From Lama glama (taxonomy: Eukaryota), in NCBI GenBank assembly GCA_028534125.1, contig CM052818.1, positions 1 through 64,000 of the forward strand: DNA of 64,000 bases, given 5' to 3'. The notes below the pieces were generated by a model that saw nothing but the letters and a program-made list of their open reading frames with translations, had not been told where the DNA came from and did no database searches. A program made the translations under genes and the position numbers. Positions 11,886-23,540 of this stretch are shown here, one piece after another (the first letter of the stretch is position 1; every line of letters begins with the position of its first letter).

Positions 11886-13839
11886 AAACTCAGCCCACGA
11901 TAAAGAGGAACTGGTTATCAAGAGTCATCTTTTAAACTGGAAGTTACTGAACAAAGGAAGCCAGTTTTCTGGGGTTCCTGAGTTCTTTCAGTCCATCCGA
12001 TCTCCTTACTCTGGCTGCTGGATTTGGAAAAAAATTGTTGTGATTCGTGTCGTTTTGTTCCCTGCCCCTGGAAAAGAGCTCCTAGCTGCCCTCAGACTCC
12101 TCTAGGCACTAGAAAAGTTCGACATTGAAAAGTGATGTTTAAAAAAAAACAATAAAACCTTTTGGCTTTGTCTGAGGAGCCTCAAAGAGAATTTTAATTC
12201 ATTCAGGGGTAAAGAAAAAGGGGCTTCTTGGCGCTCTCTGAAAGAGATGCTTGACAATTTAAAATAAATGGATAATCTGTAAAAGCTACAAAATATTCCT
12301 GCTACCATCAAGTGTCTTTTGAGCAGGGAAGGGACAGTATTCGGATACTAAGTATTAGGTTACAGGGTGAATAAATGAGACAAATTGTACCGGTCAATGT
12401 TAATTAACTCAGCCAAATATAACCTGATTTAGGTTTTAATCAGCTGTTTCCTTACATACTTTCATCTGTACCTGAAGATTAATGGCACATAGTAGGTGCT
12501 CCAAAAATATCAATCAAGTCTCTCTTGAGGGCCCCAACTCCCCATCCCATGGGAATGGTGGCCACGGCCTGGAGAGGCTATACACCACCCTTTAGTGGCT
12601 GTGAAGTAGCTATTGATGGAGCCTTATCTCACCAGACAACTGAAAGGTTTCTCACTTTCAATTTCTCACATAGTATCTACAGGGCCTTGTACCCACAGTA
12701 GGTCCTCAGAAAACATTAAACTCTTATCTTGAATCTTGGGGGCTCTGATGAATCTTTCTGCTTCCAAGATACTCTCCCCCTCCTCATTAAGTCCAGAGCT
12801 GAAAGCTACCCCTCACCTAAATGAACTATCTATATTCCAAGACTGCACGTCACCAGTCAATGTGCTTTAAAATAATTTTGTTAATGGCTAAAGGAAGGCG
12901 TGTATATACTTCATTTCATTTCTATGGGAAACTCTGATTCTCACTCCTAAGAGATAAAAATCCTGTATCTTATATATTAATTATACCTCGATTAATAAAA
13001 AGAATCTGCTAACTCTCCATAGATAGGACAAAAAGCCTTGATTGATGGGGAACAGGAAACACTCCTCTCTCCCTCTGTCTCTTTCTCCCCTTTCCTTTCC
13101 CCTCAAGATGAGCCTCAGCTTTGATGAAAGAATAGCTCAGTCTTTCCTTCCAAGGGTCCACCCATGCACCCACCCCTTCAGCCTAGTACTAGCACTGCCC
13201 GCAGCTGCCTCTCACCCTCCTCCACCTCCTGCAGCCCTTGCTCAGCTTCTTTTTTCCAGGACGGTCCCCTCCACCCCGTTCCTTCTTGCACTCACTGAGT
13301 ACCACACCAGTGGCCATAAACTGGCTATAAAGGTGAACAGCCAGGATTCTCCCTGCCCTGAAACTATCAACTCCAGTGTGTCCGATGGAACGACACAAAC
13401 GCCACAACAGGGCAAAAGCACCCAGTGTGAACAGGCATGACACTCAAAGGACCTGCAAGTCCAGTCTTTGGGGAATGAAGCTAAGGAAGCTGAGGCTGAG
13501 GTGGGGGCGGGGGGGTCAGGGGTGCATTCAGCATGCACAAAAGCCTTCTGAAATGATCTAGTCTGGCTCCAGAAAGAGACTGGCAACAAACACTAGAAGG
13601 CCTCTGAAGTAACCCAGAGACCAGCTGACAAAGATGTAGCAATCAGAAAGGAAAGTCAGTTAAATGAGTCCCTGGCTCCCATTAGACAGAGGCTACTGGT
13701 GCCACTAATCTAAACCATGAGAAGAGTTAATTGCATCTCTGGACATGCTGGGTGAGGGAGCTGCCAGCAGCCAAGAGTGTACGCAGACTCAGGCCAGGAT
13801 GGAGCCCACTAATGGTCCCAGAGGCAGGCGAGTGTGGTC

Positions 13840-14090
13840 AAGAGTATGGGCCACTGGACCGCAACTGCCTAGCTTCAATTCCCAGCTCTTACAAACAGAA
13901 GGAAAAAAAAAAAAAACACCTAGTGACAAACAAGTCACTGTGTGCCTCAATCCCTTACCAGTAAAACAGGGATACTGATTATAATAATAGTGCCTATAGT
14001 GCCTACTTCGTGGAGCTGCTGTCAATGTTAACGAGCTAACATATATAAAGAGCTTAAAACTACCTGGTACACGGTAGATGCTTATGTGTT
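13840..14090 (+). mobile_element. MIR SINE
   Basis: gtgtggtcaagagtatggg...aagtcactgtgtgcctcaatccc...gtaaaacaggg...cttaaaactacctggtacacggtag. Confidence 0.7.
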
Positions 14091-15616
14091 TGCTTTTGAG
14101 TTTCAAAGGGTCAGTCAGCAAAAGTGAGCAAGTAACACTTATCCTCCCCCTAACAGCACAAAACACTGGGGGCTTGTCTATGTTCTGGGCAGGCGAAGCT
14201 AAGCTTTCCGTGCGTCAGACTACAACCCACAGTATGTAAAACGATGGGGATTTCAGGAGAGTCCAAATCAAGGCATTTTCAAGACTCTAAAACTCAAGCT
14301 TCAACCTTCTCTCCTAATTCTTCCTTCCAGCAGCAACTTTAAAAGATGCTTCTAAAATATCCTCTCTGATTCTCTTCCTTCTTCCTAATAATTGCAGCTG
14401 TAATCAAACAGCTTTGCTCACCTAAGCTGGGAGGCGAAATCTCGGGTTCTGACACCTGCAGAGTTAAGGCCTGACTCAATTCCGCCCCCACTGGTAATTT
14501 AGAGGAAATACGTCCAAGTGTCCCTGAGACGTTTCACAGGCTGAAAGGTAGATGGCAAGGGTAGAGAAGACTGTAAGGCATTTTTCACATTGCTGTGCTT
14601 CATTGTCACAACTCTTTAAAGTGGAGAAGTTTTCTGTTATCATCCCTGTTTTACAAAAAGAAATCGCTGGTCCAAAGAAGCAAAGTCACTTGCTCAGGCT
14701 CCTGAGGTTCATAAACCACAGAACTGAGATTACAATTCATTTCTGCAGAATCTGGCTAACTTCCCTTTTCAATCTGGGACTAAAGAGACGACCCCCACTA
14801 TTCCAGGCCAGGAAGGTGGTACAGCTCCACAGTTTCAGTTCTAACCTCCATCCTCTGGTCTGGGGAAGAGTAAATTTGTGTCCTAGGCTTCCTCCTCTGG
14901 ATTTGGGGAAGAGTAAATTTAAATGTCCAGGGGCAGTGGTCACCCAACTGAGAAGACTTCCCTTGGATTAATGATCCTCCAGCTTTGTATTCTAGGACTG
15001 GCCAAGAGATGACAATCTTCCACAAGGGTTAACTCACTTCTTGGGCAAAGAAGACAAAAGAAGTTGCCAAGATCCTGACGGCTCACACGTTCTTGAATAA
15101 GCTGAATTAAAAGTGCTGAGCGGAGCCACATCCCAGGAATGAGTTAGAGATAACAGCGGTTTATAAGCAGAGTTTGTAAATTTACGTTGGTAAACCAGCC
15201 GGTCTCTGCTCCCCACTCCAGTCTGAAGCTAGGGAATATAATGCTTTATTGGGGGTTTCATTTGCCATGGCTCCGAAAACACAGTGATGATAACCCACCA
15301 TCCTCTCCTTTGCTTTCAGGATCCCTAGGATGGGAGTATGAGCAGGTAGCCCCATAGAAAGATAACGTCAAGACATTTTCCCAAAAATGTGTTCCCACTA
15401 GGACACAGAAATTTCAAGCATGTCATTGAGCAACGCTCCGTCACTGACTCACAGATTTGGACACCCCTCCCACCCTCGTCCCAGCCCATCCCCTCTTCTC
15501 AAGTCCCAGCAGAGCCCCAGGGCCAGGACCCAGTCTCGAAATCCCGAGCATTTCAGAAACACGATTCTCCCCAGAGAGCGCCTGGAGCGCAGCCTAGCCC
15601 CACCCCTAGCCCCATA

Positions 15617-15669
15617 CCCGGAGGCACGGGGACAAGTCTCCCCGGAGGCACGGGGACAAGTCTCCCCGG
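15617..15669. repeat. Perfect 24-bp tandem duplication
   Basis: cccggaggcacggggacaagtctc at 15617-15640 and 15641-15664, followed by cccgg. Confidence 0.95.
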
Positions 15670-16066
15670 CAGGGCCAGAGGCTTTGTCTCACGTAAACGA
15701 TCTGGCCGAAGCGCGAGCTGGGGCTTCGGGGGCTGCTGAGAGGGAAGTGGGCAGACAGGTCCCGGCCGAGGGCAGGAAAAACCTCGTTTTCAGAACGACA
15801 AAAATCTCCAGGAAGACGGCAAAGTGTGTGGGGGGGAGGGGGAGAGGCCCTCTCGGGGTAACTTTTAGGAGCACCAAAAGTAACATCCGAAAGTCCGCCC
15901 CCGACTTGGGGCCTGGCTTGGGGGGTACTCAGGGTGGGGGGGTCCTGAGGCACCCCGCTGGGGCGGGGGGTGGTGTACGCCCCTCACGGAGCCTCAGTTC
16001 CGGGTGCTTCAGTTCCGGGGAAGGGGCGCGGCGGGCGGAGTTCCTCTACCCCTTTCCCAGCCTCTT

Positions 16067-16434
16067 CACGTGCCGTCTTCTCCCCAAGCCCAGCTCCGCA
16101 AGGCCGTCACGAAAGCTGGGGGCGAGTCGGAGGTCCCCAAAACGCGATCCCTTAGCGCGGTCGGGCCCCGGAACAGACCTGTGCGGCCGCAAAGCCTCCC
16201 CCCACTCAGCTACGACTCTCCCCACGTGCTCTCGCCGGAACTCCGGCAGGGGAAGGGGGGCTCCTCCCACGTGGGCCCGGCAGTCTAAGACTACGTGCCG
16301 GGTGGCCCGCCCCTCCGAGAAAAAAAAAAAAAGCGCGAGCGCGCGCAGGGTGGCCGGGAGGGAGGGAGCCGCGCGGTGCGCGAGCCCCGGCGCCTCGCAC
16401 GCGCGCACAAGCCTGCCCGTTCCTAGCGGACGTG
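16067..16434. promoter_or_regulatory. HK2: Intron-1 E-box / HRE cluster
   Basis: CACGTG at 16067-16072, 16223-16228 and 16268-16273; TACGTG at 16292-16297; ACGTG at 16430-16434. Confidence 0.7.
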
Positions 16435-16612
16435 GCTCCTCGAGCCCGGGAGTATCCCAGCCCTCCTGACTTTTTCCGAGTCTGCGGCCCGGAATGAGGA
16501 GGAAGCAGGTCCCCGCTGGGTCGAGGAGGAGAGCCCCAGCCGGCCGGGACCCCAGAGAGAGGTCCGGGGACAAGGCAAGCCGAGCCAGCCACCCCGCCCG
16601 TGGCTTACTTAC

Positions 16613-16675
16613 CTTCTGCACTTGGTCATGGTTGAGCTCCGTAAAGAAGTAGGCGAGCAGATGCGAGGCAATCAT
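16613..16675 (-). CDS. HK2: Hexokinase 2, coding part of exon 1 (21 aa, includes the N-terminal mitochondrial-binding helix)
   Basis: Translates to MIASHLLAYFFTELNHDQVQK, the HK2 N-terminus; 63 nt ending at a canonical GTAAGT donor; A at -3 of the ATG; inside a CpG island. Confidence 0.98.
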
Positions 16676-17110
16676 CGTGCCGCGCGTCCCGACGGCGCGA
16701 AGTTGGAAAACCAAGGCTTGGAGCGCGTGCGGAGGTGGTGGGCCGCGCGGTTAGACCGCTTTGTACCCGGGCTTGGCAGCCCGGCCGGGAGCGGTGAGTC
16801 CGGCAGGCACACAAAGAAGGCACACGATGGCGCGCCCGGCTGGAGGGTCCTGGGTCTCTAAAAAGAGGTTTTGGTAGTCACAACTACTGGAAGGAGCCCA
16901 GGAATCACTCCCGGCGACGTGCTGGGATGCCCCACTGACAAGATACTAACTTCAGCCACAAGATCCCTAAGGCTCAACTTGAGAAGAATCACGGCCCAAC
17001 TCTACTAGGGCAGTGGGACCTCTCTGGCTCACACACGCGCTGCTCTCGCCCGCGGATCTCCCCGGCTTGGTGACACGGCTGTGCTAGCGGCGGCCCGGGA
17101 CTCCTGCGCT
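16676..17110 (-). other. HK2: HK2 5' UTR (exon 1 non-coding part, ~430 nt; TSS approximate)
   Basis: ATG-free GC-rich stretch between the start codon and ~25-30 nt downstream of the AATAA box. Confidence 0.7.
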
Positions 17111-17129
17111 GGAGTTTCGAGCAACAATG

Positions 17130-17385
17130 TGGCTTATTGAGGGGTTGCCGGCTCGCGGGCCTCCAGGTCAGTGACGCGCGCACGCCCATTGGCTGCGCGA
17201 GGAGGGTGTGTGCGCCCACGGGCCGCCCGCCGCCTAGGCGCAGCCAGTCAGCGCGCAGGGCCCGCGGGCGCGGCTGCTCAGACACCCGAGCCGGCAAACT
17301 GGAGGGGCGCGCCTGGGGCGGGGGGCGGGGCCAGGAGGCGAGGATGAGACGTGTGGTCCGTGGCAAGAGGCTGGGGCGGAAAGGC
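17130..17385 (-). promoter_or_regulatory. HK2: HK2 core/proximal promoter
   Basis: TATA-like AATAA 17134-17138; CRE half-site CGTCA 17172-17176; CCAAT (agccaatgg) 17188-17192; Y-box position reading ccagt 17244-17248; GC boxes ~17315-17332 and ~17373-17380. Same order as the described rat/human HKII promoter. Confidence 0.85.
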
Positions 17386-18399
17386 GCATGAGCCACCGCC
17401 GCGTCAGGCTCAGCTATGGGTGGGGGGCGCGTGATCACAGACCCGGAGTGTGAGGCTACTGGAAAGACGGGTCAGCGGACCAGCATACGCCCTGGGCCGG
17501 GAGAGAAACACCTTCTGGCACCTTGGGGTCATATGAGCGCCTCCCGCAACACCCCCCACCCACCCCCTGCGCGCTCCTGGGTCACGTTTCTGAAGCATCT
17601 TAGTTCTCACCTATTGTGGCTCAACACGTCCGCGTCATACTGATGCAAACTGAGCCGCTGCAGCCACTTCTTACTTTATGCCGTGCATCACAAAACTGAA
17701 CGGTTGTGGGGTTTACTAACCTCGTTTTACAGATGAGGAAACTGAGGCACAGGGCCGTTAAGAGATTTGCCCAAAATGAGTGGCAGTAAGGGAAGGACCC
17801 CAAGTCCGACTAACTTCGAGGCCCTATCCGTTTCCCTATTGTCCTATCCTGTCTTAGATCTAAGAGATCTAAGAGCCAGGGAAGTCGAAAGCAGGAAAGA
17901 GCTTTGTCTGAAGCTGCGGGACTAATGCGGGGGTGACACTGGGTGGGTAATAAGTGTGTAACTGAATGAATCTTGACATGTGTGGGGTGGGATGGGGTGG
18001 GCTGGCTTACGGATGCTGAGAGGAGTGGGAGCTCAAGCCACAGCTAGTGCCTAGCACCAGACTTTTATACGTAGTGGAAGCCGGCAAGAGTGCAGCCTAG
18101 GGGAGATCGGTGCTTATGGAGAATAGCAAGCCTGGGGTTGGAAAGGTCGCAGGGGAGGGAAGGTGAGGGTTTACAGTGTTCTACTGAAGCATTTCTCCTC
18201 TCATAAAGAGTGAGGTGCTATCTGTAATGTGTAAATAGTAACAACAATAGTAGTAATAATAACACAAGTATTAAATGTTCATTGTTGGAAAATAAACAAA
18301 CAGAAAAAAACAAAAACATTCATGATCTAGCCTCTGAGTAAAACTTCTTGAAAGCTAACCTACCCTTGCCAACTACACATTCTCATCCCTCCTTCCCTG

Positions 18400-19640
18400 T
18401 AACTCCAGTCAGGCTTGAGTCCCAAACTGCTTTTGTCATGGTCACCAAAATGATCTACATATTGCCAGAGCATGTGTTCCCATCGCTTGTATGCCTTGGC
18501 TCACTCCACCTCTCAGGGATGTTGGACACAGTTCACCAAATCCACCATCTGGACACACCTTCCTCTGTTTGAGCCGGGGATGCTCCACCCTCCTGGTTTT
18601 CCTCTAACCTCACTCTGCAGTCTCTGCAGCCCCAGTTTTCTCTGCTGGTAAATGCTGGAGTCCGCCAGGGCTGTCCTTCACCTCTTTTCTGATCTAGTTA
18701 CACTCTCTCCCCGGCGTTCACTGCCAGCCCCGTGACTGTTGTATCATTTACAATCTGATGATGAACAAATCTATAGCGAGTACCTCTCCTGGAGCTCTGG
18801 ACTTACTCCTCCAACTACCACTTGTCATCTCATCTCCCACTGAAGCAACTGGCATCTCACACAATGTCCGAAGCTGAACTCAAGTTTTCTTCCCAAATGT
18901 ATTCCTTTCACGGTTCTCAGTAAATTGCATCACCGTCCACCCTAAATCATCCTTGATTCCTTCCTACCACTCACCTTTATATCCAACCCATCAGCAATCA
19001 GTCAATTTGACCCAGAGAATAGACCTTATGATTGGCTTCTCTCCATGTCCTTGGACACCTCCTAGCCAAGCCGCCAACAGCTCAGCCAGAACCAATACTA
19101 TATTGTCACACCTTGCACCCTGCTTCCATACATGCCTGACTCCTATAGTCAGTCACTTGTTCATTCAGGAGCCAAAGTGACCATTTAAAATATGAACCAC
19201 TCTATGTCTCTCCCTGGCTCGAAGCCATTTAATGTCTTCCAATCTTAGAATAAATTTCAAATTCCTGACAAAGACCACTAAGTCTTTTACTAAGTCAAAC
19301 TCTTTCTTACGCAAGGGCCTTCACTCGCCCTTCTTCTTCCGCCTGGGATGTTCTTCATCAGGTCTGTGTCCAGCTGCCTCTTCCTCCATATTTCACCCAA
19401 AATATCACCTCCTCAGAGGACTTTTCCTGACCGGTTTATCTCAAGTAGTTCCCCAAGTCACTATCACATGACTCTGATTTCCTCTGGATTTTCTGTGTAT
19501 TCACTCTCTCCTCACTAGCCCGTGAGCTACGTTAAGAGGGCGGGATCTGCACCTATGTTGCTTCCTCATCTCCGCAGCACCTGGGATGGTACCTGTCTCA
19601 TTGTAGTCATGTACTGAATATTGGTTGGTTATATGAATAG
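18400..19640 (+). mobile_element. L2 LINE, degraded 3' part
   Basis: Pyrimidine-rich L2-like body (aatgtccgaagctgaactc...; aatcatccttgattccttcct) ending in gcacctgggatggtacctg...gtactgaatattggttgg. Confidence 0.7.
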
Positions 19641-20010
19641 AAAAAAAAAATCTTAGAGATAACCATTGTTCACATTTTGTATAACGATTTATGCACCCAG
19701 CATCTCTCACTGGATTGCAACAGTCTTATAACTGGGCTTCCCTCTTTAGATATAGGAACATTATAGATATGTAGGTTTAGCTCTCCAAAAGAGATTCTTA
19801 CAGAAGTGATAAGATCTAACTTTTTTTTGGGGGGGGGCAATAATTGCCTTCCAAGTGGAGAGAAGGAGAGGAGGTCTGAGACCAGAGGCAGAAAGAGACT
19901 GAAGCCAGAAGATAGGATCAGGGCCTGAGCTAAGATGAGGGTGGGGCAGAGAGTCAGACTATACATTTAGATGGTTTAAGGTCTGGGGTGGAATTGATGG
20001 CTTTGGCTAG

Positions 20011-20155
20011 AATGGATTTTATTTATTTACTTTTTGGTTAGGGGGGTGATTAGATTTATTTACTTATTTTATTTTTAGAGGAGGTACTGGGGATTGAACC
20101 CAGGACCTTGTGCATGCTAAGTATGCACTCTCCCACCTGAGCTATCCCTTCCCCC
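20011..20155 (-). mobile_element. Vic-1-like SINE
   Basis: Typical body; 17-bp duplication ttgatggctttggctag at 19994-20010 and 20156-20172. Confidence 0.9.
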
Positions 20156-20559
20156 TTGATGGCTTTGGCTAGGAGTGGTGGATCAAGAGAAGGATGCCCG
20201 CTGCCTAGAAATACTTGGAAACCCAATAGTCCAGTGCTGCAAAACCCACTGGCCTCAGGCAGATGGGACCAAGTGCAGTGGGTCATGTCAGCTATGACCC
20301 TTTCCACATACTGATTTTAGAGCCTCTTCTCCACTCCCTTCTCTAGTCCCATTTCCTGTGGACCAGTTAATAATCACAAGATACCTGAAGTGCACGTTAT
20401 CTCTTAAGAAGCTCCCAATCCCAGGAAGTGGTTGGAGTAGTTATTGTTATAAGCCCCAAAGTATACATGACAAACTAAAGGAGATTACTCACTCAAGGCA
20501 AGACTTGAATCTTTGACTTTTGGGACTCCAAACTCCATTTATTATTTATTGATTCTCAG

Positions 20560-20586
20560 ATCTCTCTCTGTCTCTCTGTCTCTCTC

Positions 20587-20621
<35 letters not shown>
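20560..20621. repeat. (TC)n/(CA)n compound microsatellite
   Basis: Seen directly. Confidence 0.9.
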
Positions 20622-20623
<2 letters not shown>

Positions 20624-21339
20624 TGTTGAAAAGTAATGAGACACCTGTGTAATTTACATCCCACAACCCCCAAAAGGGAAATCAACCAGCTAATATGTAT
20701 TAAACCCTTGCTGTGTTCAGGACTGTCTGCTCAGTACGGTGAAGAAATACAAAAGAAACACAAGATGTGGTACTTGTCTCTGAGGGATTAGCTGTTTAAT
20801 CAGAGGTATAAAACAATTATTACAGAATGGAAAAGTCTATCACGGAGAGCCAAACATGTGTATATCTTTCTATGTGGTGGAATTTTGGAGGAGGAAGAGG
20901 CAGAGCCGCGGGCCAAAGTCAGCCAAGACGGCTCTGATGTATACAATGCCAGCTTTTACAAAAGGCTGGCTCTTGCCTCACACAGAACTGACCTGAGCCT
21001 GACCATTAGGCTTCAGGGAGCTGTCCTGGGAAGAGGCCACTTTGCCAAAAGACCTTTACTTGCCAAGTATTTCTTTTTCTAATTAGGATTTATCAAGTTT
21101 GTAGCATGTTATTAGCGATGGGATTATGTACAGAATGCAAAGACTGAGAATGGGCCTGCCCTGAATATAAATACTTAGGACTCCTTGCATCCTGTTGTTT
21201 TTAACATTGGGCCCTAATGGTCTGCGCAATCTCTTGTGTTTCATAGTTCAGTTATAATGTGTCAATTTGGGGGATTGGGTAAAAGAGGTGTTGAAAGCAG
21301 TTAACACTGAAAAATGGGAGCCTCCGGGTACACCACAAC

Positions 21340-21770
21340 CTCACTTTATCCATCAGATTTGGAAGCTGAACCCATTCAAGCTAGTTTAAGCAGAAAAGGA
21401 ATTTACTGAAGAGTATTTAGTTCCTCTCAAGATCTTCAGGAAGGTCAGAGAATCAAGCTCAGAGGAGCTTAGATCAAGCATCATACCCAAGTTTTACCAT
21501 CAAACTCCACTGATGGAGATGCTATTGCTATGGCCACTGGGCACAGGCGTCTCTGCCCAAATCCTGGTCCTGGGCACAGGATTTTATAGCCAGAACATGC
21601 CACAGCCACCTTTGACTGTTGGATATCTGTCTTTCAGCATCCTTGCTGGGAGGAATTCTGCGATGCACCTCCTTCTTTATCTTATTTGCTTCCAAACTGA
21701 CATCTTACAGCTGGTTGCCAGAGTCTGGGCCACATGCTTATGCCCTAGTTGCAAGGGAAGTTGAGGGAAA
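21340..21770 (-). mobile_element. MaLR LTR (MLT1J/K-like)
   Basis: caagctagtttaagcagaaaaggaattt...gggccacatgcttatgccctagttgcaagggaagttgaggga. Confidence 0.55.
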
Positions 21771-21810
21771 CAGGCCCACGGAGTCAGGAGTCCTAGCTTA
21801 GTGAAGTCCC

Positions 21811-23540
21811 TTGTCTCCTCAGGCAAGAGAAACAAAAACAGAAATAAACAAATGGGACTACATCAAACTAAAAAGCTTTTGTGCAGTGAAGGAAACTATC
21901 AACAAAACAAAAAGGCCACCTACTGAATGGGAAGAGATATTGGCAAATGATGTACCTGATAAGGGGTTAATGTACAAAAGATACATGAAACTCATACAAC
22001 TCAACACCAGAAAAGAAAAAAAAATCCCACTGTCTTCTTTTTTTTTTTAATTTTTTATTGATTCATAATCATTTTACAGTGTTGTGTCAAATTCCAGTGT
22101 TCAGCACAATTTTTCAGTCATTCATGGACATATACACACTCATTGTCACATTTTTTTCTCTGTGATTTATCATAACATTTTGTGNNNNNNNNNNNNNNNN
22201 NNNNNNNNNNNNNNNNNNNNNNNNNNNNNNNNNNNNNNNNNNNNNNNNNNNNNNNNNNNNNNNNNNNNNNNNNNNNNNNNNNNNNNNNNNNNNNNNNNNN
22301 NNNNNNNNNNNNNNNNNNNNNNNNNNNNNNNNNNNNNNNNNNNNNNNNNNNNNNNNNNNNNNNNNNNNNNNNNNNNNNNNNNNNNNNNNNNNNNNNNNNN
22401 NNNNNNNNNNNNNNNNNNNNNNNNNNNNNNNNNNNNNNNNNNNNNNNNNNNNNNNNNNNNNNNNNNNNNNNNNNNNNNNNNNNNNNNNNNNNNNNNNNNN
22501 NNNNNNNNNNNNNNNNNNNNNNNNNNNNNNNNNNNNNNNNNNNNNNNNNNNNNNNNNNNNNNNNNNNNNNNNNNNNNNNNNNNNNNNNNNNNNNNNNNNN
22601 NNNNNNNNNNNNNNNNNNNNNNNNNNNNNNNNNNNNNNNNNNNNNNNNNNNNNNNNNNNNNNNNNNNNNNNNNNNNNNNNNNNNTCCACACTGTTTTCCA
22701 TAGTGGCTGCACCAAACTGCATTCCCACCAGAAGTGTAGGAGGTTCCTGTTTCTCCACAGCCTCTCCAGCATTTGTCATTTTTGGATTTTTGAATGACGG
22801 CCATTCTGACTGGTGTGAGGTGATAACCTCATTGTAGTTTTGACCCACTGTCTCCTTGATGATGGCTATTTTGACAAGTGTGAAGTGATATCTCACTGTG
22901 GTTTTGATTTGCATCTCCTTGATGATTAGTGATATTAAGCATCTTTTCACGTGCCTGTTGGCCATCTGTATGTCTTCTTTGGAAAAATATCTATTCAGGT
23001 CCTCTGCCCAGAATGGCTATCATCAAAATGACAACAAATAAGTATTGGTGAAGATGTGAGAAAAGGGAACCCCCCCTTACCGTGCACTGTTGGTGGGAGT
23101 GTTAACTGACGCAGCCACTATGAGAAACAGTATGGAGGTTCCCCCCCAAACTTAAAAATAGAACTATTATATGGTCCACCAATTCCATTTCTGGATATTT
23201 TCCCAAAGAGAACAAAAGCATTAATTCAGAAAGATGTAGGCATCCCTATGTTCTTTGCAGCATTATTTACAATAGCCAAGTTATGGAAGCAACCTAAATG
23301 CCCATCCATAGATGAATGGATAAATAAGACATACATATATATATACATACATACAATGAAATATTTATTACTCAGCTATTGGACAGAAAAATCTTGCCAT
23401 TTGCAACAACATGGATGGCCCTAGAGGGTATTATGCTAAGTGAAATAAGTCAGACAGAGAAAGACAAATACCTTATGATTTCACTTATACGTGGAATCTA
23501 GGAAACAAACAAACAAAAATGAACATTAAAAATAAGACAT
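21811..23540 (+). mobile_element. Older 5'-truncated L1 (ORF2 C-terminus and 3' UTR) with an internally inverted segment, interrupted by a younger L1
   Basis: Translates to INKWDYIKLKSFC (21811-22025, +), [26 protein letters not shown] (22848-23010, -), then + strand again from 23011. Confidence 0.85.
22040..22843 (-). mobile_element. Young L1 3' fragment containing a 500-N gap (22185-22684)
   Basis: Poly-T and 3' end near-identical to 48326-48445; TSD cccactgtctyctt at 22026-22039 and 22844-22857. Confidence 0.9.

Larger units (their letters stand above)
1..16612 (-). other. HK2: HK2 intron 1 (partial; exon 2 lies beyond the left edge)
   Basis: Starts at the donor AAG|GTAAGT (plus-strand acttac at 16607-16612). 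I found no sequence encoding the next HK2 residues (VDQYLYHMRL) in 1-16612. Confidence 0.85.
15500..17650. promoter_or_regulatory. HK2: CpG island spanning HK2 promoter, exon 1 and start of intron 1
   Basis: Visibly very high GC and CpG density relative to CpG-depleted flanks; boundaries estimated by eye. Confidence 0.9.

Noticed and set aside
15420..16469. 349-aa plus-strand ORF and other overlapping ORFs across 15400-17650
   Set aside because: They lie in a stop-poor CpG island, give low-complexity R/G/P/S/A translations with no recognisable domain, and are antisense or intronic to HK2.
16046..16714. 222-aa minus-strand ORF as a full protein or N-terminally extended HK2
   Set aside because: Only 21 codons match HK2; the rest is read-through past the GT donor. 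The 13-codon upstream extension needs a TTG start and has an in-frame stop at 16751-16753.
17984..18001. Short-loop G-quadruplex motif upstream of the promoter
   Set aside because: The motif is present, but such motifs are common near CpG islands and nothing in the sequence singles this one out.
22084..22965. Long ORFs spanning N runs (also 47675-48409)
   Set aside because: Artefacts of 500-N gaps within L1 fragments.
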